The position numbers and the translations under genes were made by a program. Below are positions 60,032 through 64,000 of a stretch of DNA of 64,000 bases, piece after piece (position 1 is the stretch's first letter; each line of letters starts with the position of its first letter). The notes under the pieces are model-generated. The model did no database searches. It worked only from the letters and a program-made list of their open reading frames with translations, and was not told the origin of the DNA. The stretch comes from Candidatus Sulfomarinibacteraceae bacterium. GTDB lineage: Bacteria; Acidobacteriota; Thermoanaerobaculia; Thermoanaerobaculales; Sulfomarinibacteraceae. The stretch covers positions 64,001 through 128,000 of the forward strand of contig CAWCLO010000004.1 of assembly GCA_963796455.1 (NCBI GenBank), written 5' to 3'.

Positions 60032-60552
60032 ATCACGGCTGTCCAAAACAAATCGTCATGTGAGGTTGCGCACATGAAAACACGACGTTTGCGGGTCGGT
60101 TTTTGGAAAATTCCGTTCACGGTTGCCCGTGTGCTTGCCCGAATTGCGGCGGCAGCGACAGTGTCCAGGGGCAGCGACAGGGATCAGCGATCAGGGGCAG
60201 CAATCAGGTGCAGTGACGGCGTGATCACCTCCGGGTCGTGCAACAGAAGGAACAGCCGCTGTGGTGTCGGCGTCTCGCCTGCCCACCGTGCGGCCGAGAC
60301 GGCCGCACCACCAAGGCCGGATCCCCGAAGAAATGAGTGCGGTTTACTGTCCCGGCCGCTGATCGCTGACGCTGACGACTGAACACTGCCGCTGGCGACT
60401 GGTCGCTGCCGCTGCCCCTGATCGCTGTCCGATACTTCCCCGCCTGGGCTGGGTGATCCAGCCAGCGGGACACAACTCTGAAGGTGGGCCAATGCCCACC
60501 TTCAGGGCCGTTCCTGAACGCTATCCGGGACTCTGTCTTGGACAAGAGTGAT
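60032..60552 (+). mobile_element. Modular element copy E (complete TIRs, REP-doublet core)
   Basis: ATCACGGCTGTCCAAAACA ... TGTCTTGGACAAGAGTGAT; ATCGAGTATC overlaps both ends. Confidence 0.75.
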
Positions 60553-60567
60553 CGAGTATCGACCGAG

Positions 60568-61284
60568 TTACGGCACGCGGAGGACCAACTCGCCCCGGCC
60601 GTCCCGGAGTATCACCCGATCGGTCTCGATCGTCTCGACGACGAATCCTTCGACCTCGGAGCCTACATAGACGTCCCTACCGTTGATTTCGGCAAAGGGG
60701 TTTGTGGAGCGAACCACGATGTATCCCAGGCTCAGTTTGGCGTAGCCGAGATCGGCATCGAGCACAAAGACCCTTTGGCCCGCTTCGTTCACCCTGGGTG
60801 CGGGACGTTCGGCCGGCGTCTGTGGTTGAGCTGCCTCCGGTTCGGGGACATCGCCCGCCGGCGAACCACCCGGATTGTCACCGCCCCCATCGACGGCTAC
60901 CGCAGGGTTGGGAGGCGACGCTTCCACCTCGGAATCGGCCCGGCTGGAGAGCCCTTCCTCGGGCATGGCACTTGAGTCTCTGAGTCCCTGGTCCTCGGGC
61001 CCGGCAACTCCGGGCGCAACCTGAGTGGTGGAGGGCTCGGCCACAGCAATCTCCTGGACCGGGTTGTCCGGCGTGGGGTTGCGGCCGAGAATCCACCACG
61101 CTCCAACCGCACCGGCACCGGCGGCGGCGATCGAAAGCAGGACCAGACCAAAGGCTCCAGATCGTTTTCGAGGGCCGCGGGAGGGGTAGGCGACGGGCGT
61201 ACGGAACGCGGTGTCTGTTTCCCGCTCCTCGTGCTCAGCAGCCGCCTGACGGGCCTTGCGCAAGGCGTCGTTGATCAGGCTCAC
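60568..61284 (-). CDS. GspB/ExeB-like protein
   Basis: GTG-SLINDALRKA start, TM, Pro-rich linker, AEING..VG..VEG. Confidence 0.75.
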   Translation of the reverse strand: MSLINDALRKARQAAAEHEERETDTAFRTPVAYPSRGPRKRSGAFGLVLLSIAAAGAGAVGAWWILGRNPTPDNPVQEIAVAEPSTTQVAPGVAGPEDQGLRDSSAMPEEGLSSRADSEVEASPPNPAVAVDGGGDNPGGSPAGDVPEPEAAQPQTPAERPAPRVNEAGQRVFVLDADLGYAKLSLGYIVVRSTNPFAEINGRDVYVGSEVEGFVVETIETDRVILRDGRGELVLRVP

Positions 61285-62093
61285 CAGCCCTGCCCTTCGA
61301 GATCGCGGACGGCGCGTCGCACCTGCCACCAGCCGAGGTGATCCCGGTTCTGGACAAAGCCGCAGAGCAGGGTCTTGTCGCACACGGCGTTGATGAGCCG
61401 CGGTACGCCACGCGCATAGCCGTGAATGGCGAAATAGGCGGGCCGGCTGAAAGAGGGTCGTCCGTTCGATCCGGAAATCAACAGCCGGTGCTGAATATAG
61501 GCAACGGTTTCCTGACGGCTGATGCGTCCGAGGTGGTAGCGGACAGTGATTCGTTGCCGTAGCTGACGGAGTTCCTTGCGGTCGAGGCGGTCTCTCAGCT
61601 CGGGTTGCCCGATGAGCACGATCTGGAGCAGCTTGTGCTGGTCGGTCTCGAGATTGGACAGGAGGCGCACCTGCTCGAGCAAATCGTCGGACATATCCTG
61701 TGCTTCATCGATGAAGAGAACGACTGCATTCCCTTCGTGGGCCTGTTCGAGCAGGAAATCGTTGAGGCGATCGACGAGCCGGATGCGATCGTTGCCGCTG
61801 TCGTCGAGGCCGAGCTCGCGGAGGACTGATCGCATCAATTGAATTGGGGTCATGACCGGGTTGAGGATCAAGGCCGTCGAGTAGCCGTCGCGGAGCTCTT
61901 CGAGCACCTTGCGGCATAGAGTGCTCTTACCGGCCCCGACCTCACCCGTGATCTGGATGAAGCCCTTGCGTTCGCTGACGCCAAAGAGGATGTGTTCGAA
62001 AGCCTGCCGGTGGCGACGGCTGAAGAACAGGTACCGGGGATCCGGTGTGATATTGAACGGCGGGGCCTTGAGGCCGTAATAATCCTGATACAT
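61281..62093 (-). CDS. GspA/ExeA family AAA ATPase
   Basis: YYGL..PF.ITPDP, GEVGAGKS, IDEAQ, GQPEL, GVPRLIN. Confidence 0.92.
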   Translation of the reverse strand: MYQDYYGLKAPPFNITPDPRYLFFSRRHRQAFEHILFGVSERKGFIQITGEVGAGKSTLCRKVLEELRDGYSTALILNPVMTPIQLMRSVLRELGLDDSGNDRIRLVDRLNDFLLEQAHEGNAVVLFIDEAQDMSDDLLEQVRLLSNLETDQHKLLQIVLIGQPELRDRLDRKELRQLRQRITVRYHLGRISRQETVAYIQHRLLISGSNGRPSFSRPAYFAIHGYARGVPRLINAVCDKTLLCGFVQNRDHLGWWQVRRAVRDLEGQGW

Positions 62094-62155
62094 CGTGTTG
62101 AATGGCCATCCGACCAATCGAGCCGGGGTTGGCGATTGATTGTACCCGCTCTCGG

Positions 62156-62866
62156 CTATTGGGTAGCCGTCTCCGCCCGCAAACCTTGAACGTTGGCATA
62201 TGTGAAGACGGCGCAGAGGATCAATATCCACCACTGACCGCCCTGCAGGGCCCAGAGGCCGAAGAACACGGTCAGAACGATCGACAAGACCCTCGCGGCG
62301 ATGCGACCGCGGCGACCGGCAACCATCTCCGCCACCGCGGACGCGATGTGGCCGCCATCCATCGGCAGGATGGGGAGCAGATTGAGCACGCCCCATCCGA
62401 GGTTGACCCAAACCGCCATATCGAGGACACGGATCATGGCCGGAGGGGCGCCGTTGAGGACGCCGAGCCATCCCATGGCGAGGATCGAAACGCCGATCAC
62501 GATCCCTACCGCCGGCCCTGCGGCGCTGATCAGAATCTGTTGTCGGGATGTCAGGGGGCGCGGCCGGCTCCAACCCGTCAACCCGCCAAAGGCGATGAGC
62601 TGGATCCACGGTTCGAGACCCATGCGCCGGCCGGCAAATGCGTGGCCGAGTTCGTGGGCGAGGACACCGGTGAAGACCATCACGACCCACACGATCATCC
62701 ACTGTGGTTCCTGCCGGCCGCCGATGAGCCAGGCAGTGACAAAGAAGAACGGCTCGATCCGCAGCGGGAAGCCGAAGATCTGCAATCCGCGAGAACGCTC
62801 GCGTTGCGGCGGGTAGCCGTTGTTCTGAATTCCTGGCTCGTGCAGACCGTGGTTGTTGGAGTCCAT
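62156..62866 (-). CDS. M50 family site-2 metalloprotease
   Basis: HELGH, AGP, NLLPILPMDGG. Confidence 0.9.
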   Translation of the reverse strand: MDSNNHGLHEPGIQNNGYPPQRERSRGLQIFGFPLRIEPFFFVTAWLIGGRQEPQWMIVWVVMVFTGVLAHELGHAFAGRRMGLEPWIQLIAFGGLTGWSRPRPLTSRQQILISAAGPAVGIVIGVSILAMGWLGVLNGAPPAMIRVLDMAVWVNLGWGVLNLLPILPMDGGHIASAVAEMVAGRRGRIAARVLSIVLTVFFGLWALQGGQWWILILCAVFTYANVQGLRAETATQ

Positions 62867-62885
62867 AGGTGGTCAGTATTGCACG

Positions 62886-63348
62886 GCACCTTTCTCCGAG
62901 ACAGAGTCTCGGACAGCTTTCAGGGACATCGACAGGGAACGGAAGACGGCGTCAGCGAACAGGAGTCAGGGGCAGCGGTCAGCGGCAGCGTCAGTGTCCA
63001 GCGGCAGCGACAGGCAACAGCGAGCAGGGACAGCGACAGTGATCAGCGGCAGCGGTCAGGAGTCGGGGCGACGAAGTGGCCACCTCCAGGTCGTTCAACA
63101 GAAGAAACAGCTGTTGTGGTGTAGGCGTCTCGCCTGCACACCGTGCGGCCGAGACGGCCGCACCACAAAGGCCGGAGCCCCGAAGAAGTGAGTGCTGTTC
63201 GCTGTCCCGGCCGTTGATCGCTGACGCCGATGACTGAACGCTGATGCTGACTACTGTCCACTGTCCCTGCTTGCCGTCCCTGTCGCTGACGCTGGACACT
63301 GTCGCTGCCGCTGCGATTCGGACGCGGACGCGGACGCGGACACGGGAC
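62886..63348 (-). mobile_element. Modular element copy G (shell reversed, REP-doublet core forward)
   Basis: Right-end module reverse-complemented at 62886-62927; M module reversed at 63288-63348; core on + strand. Confidence 0.7.
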
Positions 63349-63383
63349 CTGCTCCAGAGATCCGGTGTTCGATGCGCGGCCGA

Positions 63384-64000
63384 TTAAACAGTCACCGCGG
63401 TCGATTCGAAGACCTCGTCGAGATGTTGGTGTGTCGCCTCGGCTTCTTTCACGACTCTATTGATGACCTCGCCGACCGCCGGGGTGTCCTCGATCAGTCC
63501 CGTACATTGGCCGAGGGGTAGTACGCCCCGATCGAGGTCGCCCATGGTGCAACCATTCTTGAACGCTTCGAAACCGATCGCCATCCGCGCCATCTGCACC
63601 GATTTTCGGTAGCCCGAGGCGATGATTCCTACCGCGAGCTTCGCCCAGGGCAGACCGAGCAGAGCAGCGATTTGACGTGAACGAATCAGCGCGGACAGTG
63701 GATTCAGGTGTTGCCGAATCAGGCGTTGCGCGCCCGGGGCGTCGACGTAGCGGCCGCTGAGACCGTCAACCCGGTTGGTGTAGATCGTGTCGCTGAGTTG
63801 GTGTTCGATGCTGGCTCGTTTGGCGCCATCGTGGACCGGGCTCTCAAGGGTGTTCATGAAGCGGGTCCCCATGGCGATGCCGTCGGCGCCGAGGGCCAAG
63901 GCTGCCGCAAGACCGCGGCCGTCGGCAAAGCCCCCGGCGGCGACGATCGGGATGGACACCCGGTCGGCGAGGCTGGGCACCAGCACCAGCGAGGTGATCG
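63384..64000 (-). CDS. Nitronate monooxygenase / FabK-like flavoprotein (5' truncated)
   Basis: AAGGFADGRG, MGTRF, GQ..GLI. Confidence 0.88.
   Translation of the reverse strand, partial: ITSLVLVPSLADRVSIPIVAAGGFADGRGLAAALALGADGIAMGTRFMNTLESPVHDGAKRASIEHQLSDTIYTNRVDGLSGRYVDAPGAQRLIRQHLNPLSALIRSRQIAALLGLPWAKLAVGIIASGYRKSVQMARMAIGFEAFKNGCTMGDLDRGVLPLGQCTGLIEDTPAVGEVINRVVKEAEATHQHLDEVFESTAVTV

Noticed and set aside
49010..63299. Short ORFs within repeats (RVRVRV, DSDSD, NDPEVATS, SAFICVICG)
   Set aside because: Translations of repeat modules; frames not conserved between copies

Overview
GC-rich bacterial chromosomal segment with about 63 CDS. Gene content suggests Acidobacteriota, possibly Thermoanaerobaculia-like (inference only). 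No rRNA, tRNA, CRISPR array, transposase, integrase or reverse transcriptase is visible. Coding content includes a LemA-TPM-TPM operon, a small stress-protein cluster, DUF438/DUF1858 behind an FNR-like box, an SCO-coxBACD A2-type oxidase operon with a second subunit III, a hydroxypyruvate reductase resembling the plant enzyme, pepD, psd-pssA with a degenerate Asd-like gene, a stand-alone nuoB-nuoCD-nuoI, a frameshifted class I HMG-CoA reductase beside an AarF/UbiB kinase, OmpA, ParA, bactofilin, TonB, TAXI and ExeA/ExeB. The most striking signal is intergenic. A modular element family occurs 8 times (3.8, 10.5, 49.1, 50.7, 51.3, 59.5, 60.0 and 62.9 kb). It has ~19-bp terminal inverted repeats (ATCACTSYTGTCCAARACA), CAG-rich and CTG-rich inverted arms, and an exchangeable core. 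Two copies carry a four-helix-bundle gene whose Shine-Dalgarno site and ATG lie in a conserved double hairpin. In three copies a REP doublet precisely replaces that gene. In two of those the core is inverted relative to the shell. Other copies carry a TGTCA palindrome or are fused to 9-mer repeats. Many other intergenic regions hold gene-less pairs of inverted 6-, 7-, 8- or 9-mer tracts. All product calls come from motif recognition by eye, without database searches.
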